From positions 1-59,973 of IMG/VR virus record IMGVR_UViG_3300035145_001735: a stretch of 59,973 nucleotides of DNA, one strand, 5' to 3'. The DNA is from a virus (Duplodnaviria > Caudoviricetes). Positions within the stretch are counted from its first letter, which is position 1. Each line of letters begins with the position of its first letter. Under the pieces are notes generated by a model, which saw only the letters and a program-made list of their open reading frames with translations, was not told the DNA's origin and searched no databases. A program made the position numbers and the translations under genes. Shown piece by piece: positions 33,973-42,565 of this stretch.

Positions 33973-34184
33973 TATTACTGTCAGACATCATAGAACAAAA
34001 AGTTCGAAAAGAAAAAGAACTAGAGTTCTACACAGCAGAACTAGAAAAACTCAAAGAAAAAATGTATTGGCTTCAGCGTGATATTGATGTCAACAATATA
34101 ATCATTGACATGATTAAATCTGATGCTATACTAGATGTAAAAGAGAACATGGAAAATAAATTACTAAAGGATGACTCAAAATGA
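33954..34184 (+). CDS. coiled-coil hypothetical protein
   Basis: 76 aa; RKEKELEFY..ELEKL. Confidence 0.7.
   Translation: MEQPKLILLSDIIEQKVRKEKELEFYTAELEKLKEKMYWLQRDIDVNNIIIDMIKSDAILDVKENMENKLLKDDSK
34105..34132 (+). promoter_or_regulatory. sigma70-type promoter upstream of rnh
   Basis: TTGACA-N16-TATACT with TG extension. Confidence 0.6.
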
Positions 34185-35161
34185 CTTACATCTTAGTCGA
34201 CAGTCTTAATATGTTTTATCGTGCACGTCACGTAGTACGTGGTGATGACATTGAAACTAAAATTGGTATGGCATATCATATTATGTTCAGTGCAGTTAAC
34301 AAAGCATGGAAAGACTTCAATGGCAGTCATGTTGTTTTTTGCTTTGAAGGACGCAGTTGGCGTAAAGATCACTATGAACCTTACAAGCGCAATCGTAAAG
34401 AAGCACGTGATGCACTAAGTCCACGTGAACAAGAAGAAGATCGTGCATACTTTGAAGCATTTGATGAACTAAAAACATTTATTGAAAAGCGTACTAACTG
34501 TACTGTGCTGCAGCATCCTACTTGTGAAGCAGATGACTTTATTGCACGTTTTATACAAAATCATCCTAATGATGAACATGTTATTATCAGTAGCGACAGT
34601 GACTTTTATCAGTTGCTTGCTAACAATGTTAGTCAGTATAATGGTATTACTAATCAACATATTCGTTTAGACGGTGTGTATGATGATAAAGGCAAGCCTG
34701 TTGTAGATAAGAAAACTAAAGAACACAAAATTGTAGGTGATCCCGAATGGCTACTGTTTGAAAAGTGCATACGTGGTGATACTAGTGACAACATCTTTAG
34801 TGCATATCCAGGTGCACGTAAAAAAGGCACAAAGAATAAAGTAGGACTACTAGAAGCATTTGAAGATAAAAACGACAAAGGTTTTAATTGGAATAACTTT
34901 ATGCTACAAAAGTGGGTCGATCACGAAGGTGTAGAACATCGTGTACTAGACGATTATCAACGCAATCGTGAACTAATTGATCTTACAGCACAGCCTACAG
35001 AAATTAAAAGTGTACTAGACGAAACTATTGTTAATCAAGTACAACGTGTTCCTGTAAGCGGAGTCGGTATTCATTTTATGAAGTTTTGTGGTAAACATGA
35101 TTTACAAAGAGTAAGTGCACAGGCAGAGGCTCATGCTGAGTATCTAAATGCCGCTTATTAA
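34181..35161 (+). CDS. rnh: T4-type RNase H / 5'-3' flap exonuclease
   Basis: ILVDSLN, YKRNR, EADD, SSDSDF, GDTSDNI. Confidence 0.9.
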   Translation: MTYILVDSLNMFYRARHVVRGDDIETKIGMAYHIMFSAVNKAWKDFNGSHVVFCFEGRSWRKDHYEPYKRNRKEARDALSPREQEEDRAYFEAFDELKTFIEKRTNCTVLQHPTCEADDFIARFIQNHPNDEHVIISSDSDFYQLLANNVSQYNGITNQHIRLDGVYDDKGKPVVDKKTKEHKIVGDPEWLLFEKCIRGDTSDNIFSAYPGARKKGTKNKVGLLEAFEDKNDKGFNWNNFMLQKWVDHEGVEHRVLDDYQRNRELIDLTAQPTEIKSVLDETIVNQVQRVPVSGVGIHFMKFCGKHDLQRVSAQAEAHAEYLNAAY

Positions 35162-35396
35162 AGTATGTCGTGCAACAATACCGCACGGCATTTTAACAAC
35201 AAACTTTGAAGTAGAAGACGTAGTTGATACGTGGATTAAATCAGGCAAAGGAAAGTGGGTTAGTGAGAATTGTAAAGCATTAACAACCGAAGTTAATGAT
35301 AGTTGGGCAGATGGTTCATTAGCAGTTACTATAATAGCAGACTTTACAAGAGAACAACACATAACCTATAAACTTATGTGGTTACATGAATTATAA
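35148..35396 (+). CDS. hypothetical small protein
   Basis: 82 aa ending TYKLMW. Confidence 0.6.
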   Translation: MPLIKVCRATIPHGILTTNFEVEDVVDTWIKSGKGKWVSENCKALTTEVNDSWADGSLAVTIIADFTREQHITYKLMWLHEL

Positions 35397-35853
35397 AGCA
35401 AAACCAGTATTAGAAAATAAGTTTTGGATCGTAGAATCCAACGGTAGTAAAATCGGAACACTTAAGGCTGTAAAAGATAAATATATATTGTACAATAGCT
35501 ATAATAACTCAGAAACTGTTTATGACGATCTAGATAATTTTGTAGTTGAAGAAAAAAAGTCAAAGACCTTTATTAACGAAACTGTTTATGGTTATCCTGC
35601 TAATACTGAACAAGCACACGACATTGACCTACTAGATAATGTGCCAATATATAAAAAAACGCCAACATCGAGCGTATATTTTGCGGCAGGATACTACGGA
35701 TTAAAGTTTCCGACGATTGGATGGAGACATGCATATTGCCCTAGAGTTAAAACGCTAGAAACATATGACTGGATCGGACCTTTTAAGAACGAATCGGACA
35801 TGAATCTGGCTATTAAGCGTAAAGGGCAAGAAAATGAAATATCTAATAACTAG
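35386..35853 (+). CDS. conserved hypothetical protein
   Basis: AKPVLENKFWIVE, YFAAGYY, CPRVKTL..Y..IGPFK. Confidence 0.75.
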   Translation: MNYKAKPVLENKFWIVESNGSKIGTLKAVKDKYILYNSYNNSETVYDDLDNFVVEEKKSKTFINETVYGYPANTEQAHDIDLLDNVPIYKKTPTSSVYFAAGYYGLKFPTIGWRHAYCPRVKTLETYDWIGPFKNESDMNLAIKRKGQENEISNN

Positions 35854-36181
35854 TGTTTTAGTATTATTATCTTCTAATGTGTTTGCACAAGACAGTGATA
35901 AAACATATTTTTTCACTAGATCTGAATGTTGGCCAAGTGAAAAATTCATGCAAATGGTTATGACCAGATGGGGCGAAGATGCACTGTTTACTGGAACTAG
36001 CATGACTTTCAGTCAAGATGGTAAATCATATCAAGGCGGTATGATGTTTTTTGTAAATCAAGATAGCGGTACATGGACATTAGCAAATTTATATGCAGAT
36101 GGTACAATTTGTATACAAAATGCTGGTACTGATTTTTCTCCTTTTAGCGTAGACAAATCTAAAAAAGGAGACAAAAGTTGA
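35834..36181 (+). CDS. exported protein with signal peptide and Cys pair
   Basis: MKYLITSVLVLLSSNVFA; FVNQDSGTWT...CI. Confidence 0.7.
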   Translation: MKYLITSVLVLLSSNVFAQDSDKTYFFTRSECWPSEKFMQMVMTRWGEDALFTGTSMTFSQDGKSYQGGMMFFVNQDSGTWTLANLYADGTICIQNAGTDFSPFSVDKSKKGDKS

Positions 36182-36411
36182 AATGGTTAGTAGTAGTGTT
36201 GTTTGCAACACCGGGTCAGGATCTTTATATTTTTACAGATCCAACATTTGAAACAAAACAGGAGTGCGATACAAGTATACGTGATCCTGAACAAGTTCCA
36301 AAATACATAAAGAAACTTTCACAAGAATACTTGCACTTACCTCCTATTCGTGCAGTAGGGTGTATTGAAGAACAAGAAATGAAAAAGATTTTGGAAGGCA
36401 AAGGCGCTTAA
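36178..36411 (+). CDS. hypothetical small protein
   Basis: AAGGAG SD, TTG start; FETKQEC...C. Confidence 0.65.
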   Translation: MKWLVVVLFATPGQDLYIFTDPTFETKQECDTSIRDPEQVPKYIKKLSQEYLHLPPIRAVGCIEEQEMKKILEGKGA

Positions 36412-36451
36412 TTCTGTACTACTTTAATAAATATATTAAAGCAGTATAGAA
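36412..36451 (+). promoter_or_regulatory. 18-bp hairpin with late promoter ATAAATA at its apex
   Basis: TTCTGTACTACTTTAATA / TATTAAAGCAGTATAGAA (one mismatch, one G-U); ATAAATA 36427-36433. Confidence 0.7.
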
Positions 36452-36460
36452 AGAGTGACA

Positions 36461-36766
36461 ATGGCTAGACCTAAACCAAAGATTTTAATGGAGTGGACAG
36501 ACCCCAAAACATTCCGTAGTGAACAGTTGTTAGATGCAGATGCAATATATGCAGTATTCCACGACGGCAAACCAATCAACTTGCGTAGTTTAAATAGTTT
36601 ATCAAATTACCCCGGGCCTAAGTATAAAAAAGTATCGTTTAGCAATAGCGGACATGCATTCAACTTAGCGGAACGCTTGAACAAGTTATACAAAACAGAT
36701 AAGTTTGAAGTAGTAAAACTCACACAAGGTGAGGTAATAAAAGAAGATGACACCGGACTTTTATAA
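36461..36766 (+). CDS. conserved hypothetical protein (MARPKP...GPKYKKVSFSNSGHA)
   Basis: Start at ATG 36461 behind the late promoter. Confidence 0.75.
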   Translation: MARPKPKILMEWTDPKTFRSEQLLDADAIYAVFHDGKPINLRSLNSLSNYPGPKYKKVSFSNSGHAFNLAERLNKLYKTDKFEVVKLTQGEVIKEDDTGLL

Positions 36767-37115
36767 CAGTGTATTAGCACATGCTAAAACAATGGAATAC
36801 GGCGACCGAATGTCTCTAAGAAATATCTTTAAAAATTATAGAAACGGCAAGGGCCTCAACTTAACAAAGTTTGGGGTCGCTGTTTTGAATGACATGGGCT
36901 TCGAAAGTGAACACTTTATGCTTAATGTAGAACCAAAATTTAATGCACATTTACGCATATTGTTAGACAGATATAACAAATATCCTTATTACATTAGCAG
37001 ACGTGAATTAGTATTGTATGGAAGTGAGGATCGCATGTTGTACAAACTGTATGGACATGACTTAACTGCTTGGGTTGAACACATGGAAGAAAATATGAAA
37101 GAAGAGGGAGGCTGA
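36747..37115 (+). CDS. hypothetical protein
   Basis: 122 aa; GLNLTKFG and LDRY..YPYY. Confidence 0.7.
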   Translation: MTPDFYNSVLAHAKTMEYGDRMSLRNIFKNYRNGKGLNLTKFGVAVLNDMGFESEHFMLNVEPKFNAHLRILLDRYNKYPYYISRRELVLYGSEDRMLYKLYGHDLTAWVEHMEENMKEEGG

Positions 37116-37144
37116 ATTTTCATTGTTATGATCTTTCAGCCTTC
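37107..37144. terminator. hairpin at a convergent gene junction
   Basis: GGAGGCTGAA / TTCAGCCTTC 10-bp stem (one G-U). Confidence 0.55.
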
Positions 37145-37151
37145 AAGGCCG

Positions 37152-37382
37152 TTACTTACGGTTCCAGATACCCCAAAGTACCCAGATCGCAATCAAGCCC
37201 ATTAGGCCTTCTGCGCCAAGTGTCGACAGCATACCTGCTACATTAGCAACTACACTAGTCTCTGGAAAGAATGGAATTGCGCCCATGCCTAGTACTTCTA
37301 CTACGATCATAAGTGCTGCAATTGAAAGACCTACATCTGCAAGTCCTGCTGCCCATGCTTTTACTTTGTTCAACATATCCAT
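37152..37382 (-). CDS. small membrane protein with its own late promoter
   Basis: Two to three hydrophobic helices; AAGGGAG SD; ATAAGTA and TACGG/CCGTA leader hairpin upstream. Confidence 0.75.
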   Translation of the reverse strand: MDMLNKVKAWAAGLADVGLSIAALMIVVEVLGMGAIPFFPETSVVANVAGMLSTLGAEGLMGLIAIWVLWGIWNRK

Positions 37383-37486
37383 GATATATCTCCCTTCCTT
37401 TTGTTGGCTACGGATTTTATTTTACCCGTAATAGTACTTATCTAAATCTGCGCTAAATTAACGCAGGGTAAGATATCTCGAAAAGG

Positions 37487-37864
37487 TTAACTAACATATG
37501 ATGACATGTCAGGATCTGAAGGGCTCAGGCGTGAATAGATTGTATTTACTCCATAATAATCGCCGTATAATATTTTATATTTTTGAATTTTTTCTTTAAC
37601 TTCTGCAGTTGTTAGTCCTACGTGTGTCTCTCCATCAAACTGTGAATAACAAGAATAAAAACCGTTGCCGTCAATTGACAAAATTTGTTCGTCATTTAAC
37701 GCATCAGATGGAATTGTCCACCCATTATATGAATTTCCACTTAACAGTTTAACTTGACAATAAGTAGTAGGTTTATTATCTATCTTATTTTTCATTTCTA
37801 ATACTGCAGCATTTAACTCATCTATTGTATTATATGTATTACCTGCGTAAATAAAATTTGACAT
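37487..37864 (-). CDS. hypothetical protein coupled to the adhesin gene
   Basis: 125 aa, TAATG coupling. Confidence 0.7.
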   Translation of the reverse strand: MSNFIYAGNTYNTIDELNAAVLEMKNKIDNKPTTYCQVKLLSGNSYNGWTIPSDALNDEQILSIDGNGFYSCYSQFDGETHVGLTTAEVKEKIQKYKILYGDYYGVNTIYSRLSPSDPDMSSYVS

Positions 37865-39126
37865 TATATTGCTCCGTAAATTGTTCCGTTATTCGAAACA
37901 GTTGCTGATCCAGATATGGCTGCGCCGCCTCCGCCTCCAGTTGATCCGCCGTCAGCATTGCCGCCTGATGCACCCCAGCCACCTCCGCCGCCACCGCCGC
38001 CGGATATACTGCTATGGTGAATATCGAGAATTCCTAGCCCACCGGCATTACCGCCATCGCCACCGGCACCGCCACCTGCAGTACCAACATCTCGTAAACC
38101 AGGTAAGCCACCTGTCCCTGGCAGTATACATCCACCACCGCCGCCGGAACCAGACTGATCAGAACCCCATCCTTGGCCACCACCACCGCCAGAACCGCCA
38201 CCTTGGCCGCCATCGGGATTATTCCACGCAGGATTGCCCGGACCGAGTGTACCATTGCCGCCGGATTGATTAATACCACCGCCAGTACCACCGGCTGTTC
38301 CGTTAGCAGAAGCACCGCCGTCTCCTCCGCCGGCTCCGCCGCCTCCTGCGCCTCCTGCGCCCGGGCTTGCCCAGTATTTGCCACCGCCGCCGCCTCCGCC
38401 ACCGCCGGCGATGTAAGAGTTATTAGTAATAGATACCCCAGATGCTGCTACACTAATTGCAGGCCCACCTGCGCTGCCCGGGTTACCCGGAGATCCACCT
38501 GTACCACCTTTGCCAATAATATTGCCATTATTAATAATAGTTAAATTTGAAGTGTTAACAGTTAAGGCTGCAGTACTAGTACTATTAGAAGATAACCAAA
38601 CACCACTATTAATAACTAATACATCACCACTAGACATCCCCAAACCACTAGTTGACACATTTGATGTAGTACTTGAAACATAAAATGTTTGCGACGGAGG
38701 CGACACAGTAACACTTGCTGTTGCACTGTCTGATCCGCCCGAACTCGACGCTGATAATGTATAAGTTGTGCTACTAGCAGGACTGACAGTTACACTCCCG
38801 CTTGATGAATTTACTGTTCCTATTCCACTAATAGAAGCACTTGTTGCATCGCTAATTGACCAAAATAATGTAGTACTATCGCCTTCTGTTATTGACGATG
38901 GTAATGCATAAAAGTTATTGATAACTGCAGGTGGGCGATATGCTATAGCACCATGAAAATCTGAAAAACTTATTCCTCCAGATGTAGGTATAGTATTAGG
39001 ATCAGTTACTGAATTAGTTACATATGACCCATTTTTATAATATTCAGCCAGACTAGTAGGACTTGAACCGCCGAATTCATTTTGAATATTAGTAAGACTT
39101 ATTGCTCCACTACTCTGCAATGCCAT
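37864..39126 (-). CDS. glycine-rich tail adhesin-like protein (gp38-like polyglycine domain plus Ig-like domain)
   Basis: MALQSSGAISL..IQNEFGG N-terminus; Ig/PKD-like TTLFW...TTYTL; multiple GGGGG motifs; ends NNGTIYGAI. Confidence 0.75.
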   Translation of the reverse strand: MALQSSGAISLTNIQNEFGGSSPTSLAEYYKNGSYVTNSVTDPNTIPTSGGISFSDFHGAIAYRPPAVINNFYALPSSITEGDSTTLFWSISDATSASISGIGTVNSSSGSVTVSPASSTTYTLSASSSGGSDSATASVTVSPPSQTFYVSSTTSNVSTSGLGMSSGDVLVINSGVWLSSNSTSTAALTVNTSNLTIINNGNIIGKGGTGGSPGNPGSAGGPAISVAASGVSITNNSYIAGGGGGGGGGKYWASPGAGGAGGGGAGGGDGGASANGTAGGTGGGINQSGGNGTLGPGNPAWNNPDGGQGGGSGGGGGQGWGSDQSGSGGGGGCILPGTGGLPGLRDVGTAGGGAGGDGGNAGGLGILDIHHSSISGGGGGGGGWGASGGNADGGSTGGGGGAAISGSATVSNNGTIYGAI

Positions 39127-39145
39127 AGTTTAATCCTATTTTTTA

Positions 39146-39152
39146 TATTTAT
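39146..39152 (-). promoter_or_regulatory. late promoter ATAAATA for the adhesin
   Basis: TATTTAT on +, 20 nt upstream of the minus-strand ATG with AGGA SD. Confidence 0.6.
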
Positions 39153-39185
39153 CGTAATTTTTTTAAAAAAAGATGTATTTAGGGG

Positions 39186-39214
39186 TTGACAACCAAGACG
39201 TCTTACATTATATT
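39186..39214 (+). promoter_or_regulatory. strong sigma70-type early promoter with palindromic spacer
   Basis: A/T tract, TTGACA-N17-TATATT; AAGACGTCTT palindrome 39195-39204. Confidence 0.85.
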
Positions 39215-39245
39215 ATATATGTAAGTTGATGTTAAGGAGACACAA

Positions 39246-39485
39246 ATGTTTAGAATTCCAGATTTTCATGTTGTAGAAATGACGTTTGATGAAGCAAAGT
39301 CAACACTTTCTCGTTTGACAGAAGGCGGTTTGCTTGCCGGACTTGAGTACATGAACAAACAATGGGATGAGCATTGCGTCACTGAAGATGCAGACGATGA
39401 TGATTTTTACGGTATGTGGTGTTACGAGTGTAGTGCTTTCAATATCGTATTTGAAAAAATGGCACCTCTTTTTGCAGAGAAGTAA
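39246..39485 (+). CDS. early hypothetical acidic protein
   Basis: TAAGGAG SD; 79 aa. Confidence 0.75.
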   Translation: MFRIPDFHVVEMTFDEAKSTLSRLTEGGLLAGLEYMNKQWDEHCVTEDADDDDFYGMWCYECSAFNIVFEKMAPLFAEK

Positions 39486-39494
39486 AAAAAGTAG

Positions 39495-39523
39495 TTGACA
39501 TAGTCTTTAACATATAATATGCT
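39495..39523 (+). promoter_or_regulatory. sigma70-type promoter for the MoxR gene
   Basis: A tract then TTGACA-N17-TATGCT. Confidence 0.8.
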
Positions 39524-39555
39524 ATACATGTAAATACCAACCCAGGAGAAAAAAC

Positions 39556-40653
39556 ATGTCATTCGAAACACAAGCACGTACAATTAAACTTTCCGAACTA
39601 ACAAAGTATGCAAAACATCACTTTGCTACTAAGCGTCCAATTATGGTATGGGGTCCTCCCGGCATCGGTAAGTCAGATACGTTTAAGGGTATCAAAGAAT
39701 CATATGAAGCAGAAGGCAAGTCTTGCTTGCTAATCGACTGCCGCTTGTCACTTTGGGAGCCAACTGACCTCAAAGGTTATCCTTACTACAATCAAGAAAC
39801 AAATCGTATGAGTTTTAGTGCACCAGATGAACTACCTAGTGCAGAAGAGGCAGCCGAGTACGATATTATTATATTGTTCTTAGATGAACTTAACGGTGCT
39901 GCACCTGCAACACAGGCTGCTGCCTACCAGTTAATCCTTAACCGTGCTATTGGCAAATATACATTGCCTGATAATGTTGTTATTGCTGCTGCTGGTAACC
40001 GTGAGACAGACAAAGGCGTTACATACCGTATGCCTAAGCCACTTGCAAACCGCTTCCTACACTACGAAGTACGTGTTGACTTTGAAGACTGGTTTGACTG
40101 GGCAGTATTGCACAACCAGCACCCAGACGTAATTGGTTACCTAACTACGTTCAAAGAGGACTTGTACAAGTTTGACGCTACAAGTTCAGACCGTTCGTTT
40201 GCTACACCTCGTTCATGGGAGTTTGTATCTGATACAATCCAAAACACAGAAGGATTTACTGAAGAAGAAGTAACCGATATGGTTGCTGCTGGTATCGGCG
40301 AAGGTACTGCTCTTAAGTTTAAAACACACCGCCAAGTTGCAAGTCAGTTGCCTAACCCAAGCGACATCTTAGACGGTAAAGTTAAGGAGTTGCAGACAGA
40401 CAATATTTCTGCAAAGTACTCGCTAACTACTGCACTATGCTACGAACTTAAAGAAGCATATGACAATAACAAAGATGTCAACGGCAAGTTCGATAACTTC
40501 TTGGAGTTCATCCAAAACAACTTTGAAGCGGAAATGGTCGTTATGGCTTGTACAGTTGCGCTAGGCAAGTACAAAATCCGTATTAAGTTTAATCAGCTAA
40601 ACAACTGGAAAGGATTTATTTCCAAGTACGGTACGCTGATTGAAATGGCGTAA
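39556..40653 (+). CDS. MoxR-family AAA+ ATPase
   Basis: WGPPGIGKS Walker A, LFLDEL Walker B, AAGN, PLANRF, TPRSW. Confidence 0.92.
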   Translation: MSFETQARTIKLSELTKYAKHHFATKRPIMVWGPPGIGKSDTFKGIKESYEAEGKSCLLIDCRLSLWEPTDLKGYPYYNQETNRMSFSAPDELPSAEEAAEYDIIILFLDELNGAAPATQAAAYQLILNRAIGKYTLPDNVVIAAAGNRETDKGVTYRMPKPLANRFLHYEVRVDFEDWFDWAVLHNQHPDVIGYLTTFKEDLYKFDATSSDRSFATPRSWEFVSDTIQNTEGFTEEEVTDMVAAGIGEGTALKFKTHRQVASQLPNPSDILDGKVKELQTDNISAKYSLTTALCYELKEAYDNNKDVNGKFDNFLEFIQNNFEAEMVVMACTVALGKYKIRIKFNQLNNWKGFISKYGTLIEMA

Positions 40654-40676
40654 TATTAGTTACGTCACTCCTGGGT

Positions 40677-40706
40677 GAAGTAGGGTCCTAGTGGCCCTAC
40701 TTCTTT
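40677..40706 (+). terminator. intrinsic terminator after MoxR
   Basis: GAAGTAGGGTC-CTAGT-GGCCCTACTTC followed by TTT. Confidence 0.8.
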
Positions 40707-40721
40707 ATGATAAGTATATGT

Positions 40722-40985
40722 ATGGCTAAATCTATACATGAACAAATAGAAGACATGAATAATAACCCGGAACTTAACAAACAAAACAGCCAAGAAGCAA
40801 AAGAGTCTTTTAAAGAAAAAAACGAACCAAAAATTGATCCCTGGGAAAACACTACGCCATTGTGGAAATCACTGGTACCAAAAAACTGGGAAGATCGATG
40901 GTGGAATTTTGTAACACTTACAGGTGGCACAATATGGATCTGGGTCATAAACACGTTCTTAGATTATTTTTTAACTAAGTACTAG
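40722..40985 (+). CDS. hypothetical protein with C-terminal hydrophobic segment
   Basis: Start moved to ATG 40722, 5 nt after TAAGTA. Confidence 0.65.
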   Translation: MAKSIHEQIEDMNNNPELNKQNSQEAKESFKEKNEPKIDPWENTTPLWKSLVPKNWEDRWWNFVTLTGGTIWIWVINTFLDYFLTKY

Positions 40986-40986
40986 T

Positions 40987-41289
40987 ATGGAGTTGTTATT
41001 GACAGAAGTAACTAACCCACATTGTGGATACATGAAAAAGTTTGAACACGTTGTAGATTTAAACAGTCATGGTGTCTCAAGTAAGTACATAGAATGGTGT
41101 AACGCTAACTGTACACACCGTTGGGGATGGCACTTTTGGCAAAGCGAAGAAGCAAAACGAATTTCACAAATGGCATGGCACGACGATTGGCTACCGCCTA
41201 AAAAGGTTGTAGAAGGTACCCAAGCATACGTTAGTTTTGAATCATATGATGAAATGATTTTATTTAAAATAATTAATCTTAGTGGTTGA
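40987..41289 (+). CDS. hypothetical protein (IEWC...WGWHF...SFE motif)
   Basis: ATG 5 nt after TAAGTA. Confidence 0.7.
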   Translation: MELLLTEVTNPHCGYMKKFEHVVDLNSHGVSSKYIEWCNANCTHRWGWHFWQSEEAKRISQMAWHDDWLPPKKVVEGTQAYVSFESYDEMILFKIINLSG

Positions 41290-41314
41290 CAATACATCTT
41301 ACTTCGTTTACTAT
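41286..41314 (+). promoter_or_regulatory. sigma70-type promoter for the VWA gene
   Basis: TTGACA-N17-TACTAT. Confidence 0.75.
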
Positions 41315-41347
41315 AATACTGTAATAGAAATTCCAGGAGTATATTAT

Positions 41348-42559
41348 ATGCAACAGTTCAATACAGCATACGACAAGTTAGTTGCCGCACGTGTAAAAAT
41401 GTTGTTTAAGCAACCGTTTTTTGGACAAGTAGCGTGTCGTTTAAAACTAGTACGTGCAGACGATTGGTGTCCTACTGCAGCAGTAGATGGTCGCAACTTT
41501 TATTACAACGAAGAATTTGTAATGAAACTTGACATTGACGAAACTGTGTTCCTAGTAGGACATGAAGTTGGGCACTGCATATATGAACACTTCTTACGCA
41601 GAGGTGACAGAGATGGTATGCTATGGAATATGGCAGGTGACTACAAAATTAACGGTATGCTAGTACGTGAAAAAATCGGTCGCCTTATTACTACTGTTAA
41701 ACCTTTGTATGATGCAAAATACGACACAGATGAGTGGACTGCTGAAAGCATATACGATGAACTAAAAGAGTCTGGTGCAATGGTACAACAGACAATTGAC
41801 ATTCATTTAGAAATGGGCGATGACGATAACGACAGCGAAGGTAGTTCGCAAAGTGAAGGTAAGGGCAAGGCTCCTAAGATTTCGAAAGATGATGCTAAGG
41901 CTATCTCAGACGAAATGAAAAACGCAATTATACAAGCCGCACAAAGTGCAGGCGCCGGTAATATTCCTGGAGATATTAGACGTATGATTGGCGAACTAAC
42001 AGAGCCTAAAATGGACTGGCGCCAAATGATTCGTGTGTCACTTGAAAGCAACTTAGTATCCGATTTTACCTTTATGCGTCCTAACCGCAAAAGTCAATTT
42101 AGCAATGTAATACTACCAGGTATGTTAAAGGACCAACAAATTGATATTGCTATTGCACTAGATGTAAGCGGTAGTATTAGTTACGATGATTCCAAAGACT
42201 TCTTAAGCGAAGTACAAGGTATTATGGATCAGTTTGAATCATACAAAATCCGTATTTGGTGCTTTGATACAGAAGTTAGTGGTTACGACGAGTTTACACA
42301 CGAAGATGGACGTTCGATTACCGAGTTTGAAATGACAGGCGGTGGTGGTACAGACTTTATGCCTAACTGGACATTTATGGAAGAACAAGGTATTGAACCT
42401 GATCAATTTATTATGTTTACAGATGGTGAGCCTTGGGGCAAGTGGGGAGATCCAGACTATTGTGATACACTATTCCTTATTAAAAACCCTTACAGTAAGC
42501 CTGTTGCACCGTTTGGACAAAGTGTATACTATGAATCGCAGGAAAGAAAGGCTGCATAA
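41348..42559 (+). CDS. metallopeptidase-VWA protein (DUF2201-like), MoxR partner
   Basis: PTAAVDG, HEVGH (HExxH), DVSGS MIDAS, GGGGTDF, FTDG; start moved to ATG 41348 (CAGGAG SD). Confidence 0.9.
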   Translation: MQQFNTAYDKLVAARVKMLFKQPFFGQVACRLKLVRADDWCPTAAVDGRNFYYNEEFVMKLDIDETVFLVGHEVGHCIYEHFLRRGDRDGMLWNMAGDYKINGMLVREKIGRLITTVKPLYDAKYDTDEWTAESIYDELKESGAMVQQTIDIHLEMGDDDNDSEGSSQSEGKGKAPKISKDDAKAISDEMKNAIIQAAQSAGAGNIPGDIRRMIGELTEPKMDWRQMIRVSLESNLVSDFTFMRPNRKSQFSNVILPGMLKDQQIDIAIALDVSGSISYDDSKDFLSEVQGIMDQFESYKIRIWCFDTEVSGYDEFTHEDGRSITEFEMTGGGGTDFMPNWTFMEEQGIEPDQFIMFTDGEPWGKWGDPDYCDTLFLIKNPYSKPVAPFGQSVYYESQERKAA

Positions 42560-42565
42560 ATATCT

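Noticed and set aside
37869-38544. Arg/His-rich and Ala-rich alternative-frame ORFs and (CCG)n-like repeats
   Set aside because: By-products of glycine codons in the adhesin; not a CRISPR array or a separate gene.
41282-41347. Extension of the VWA ORF
   Set aside because: It is the promoter and SD region.
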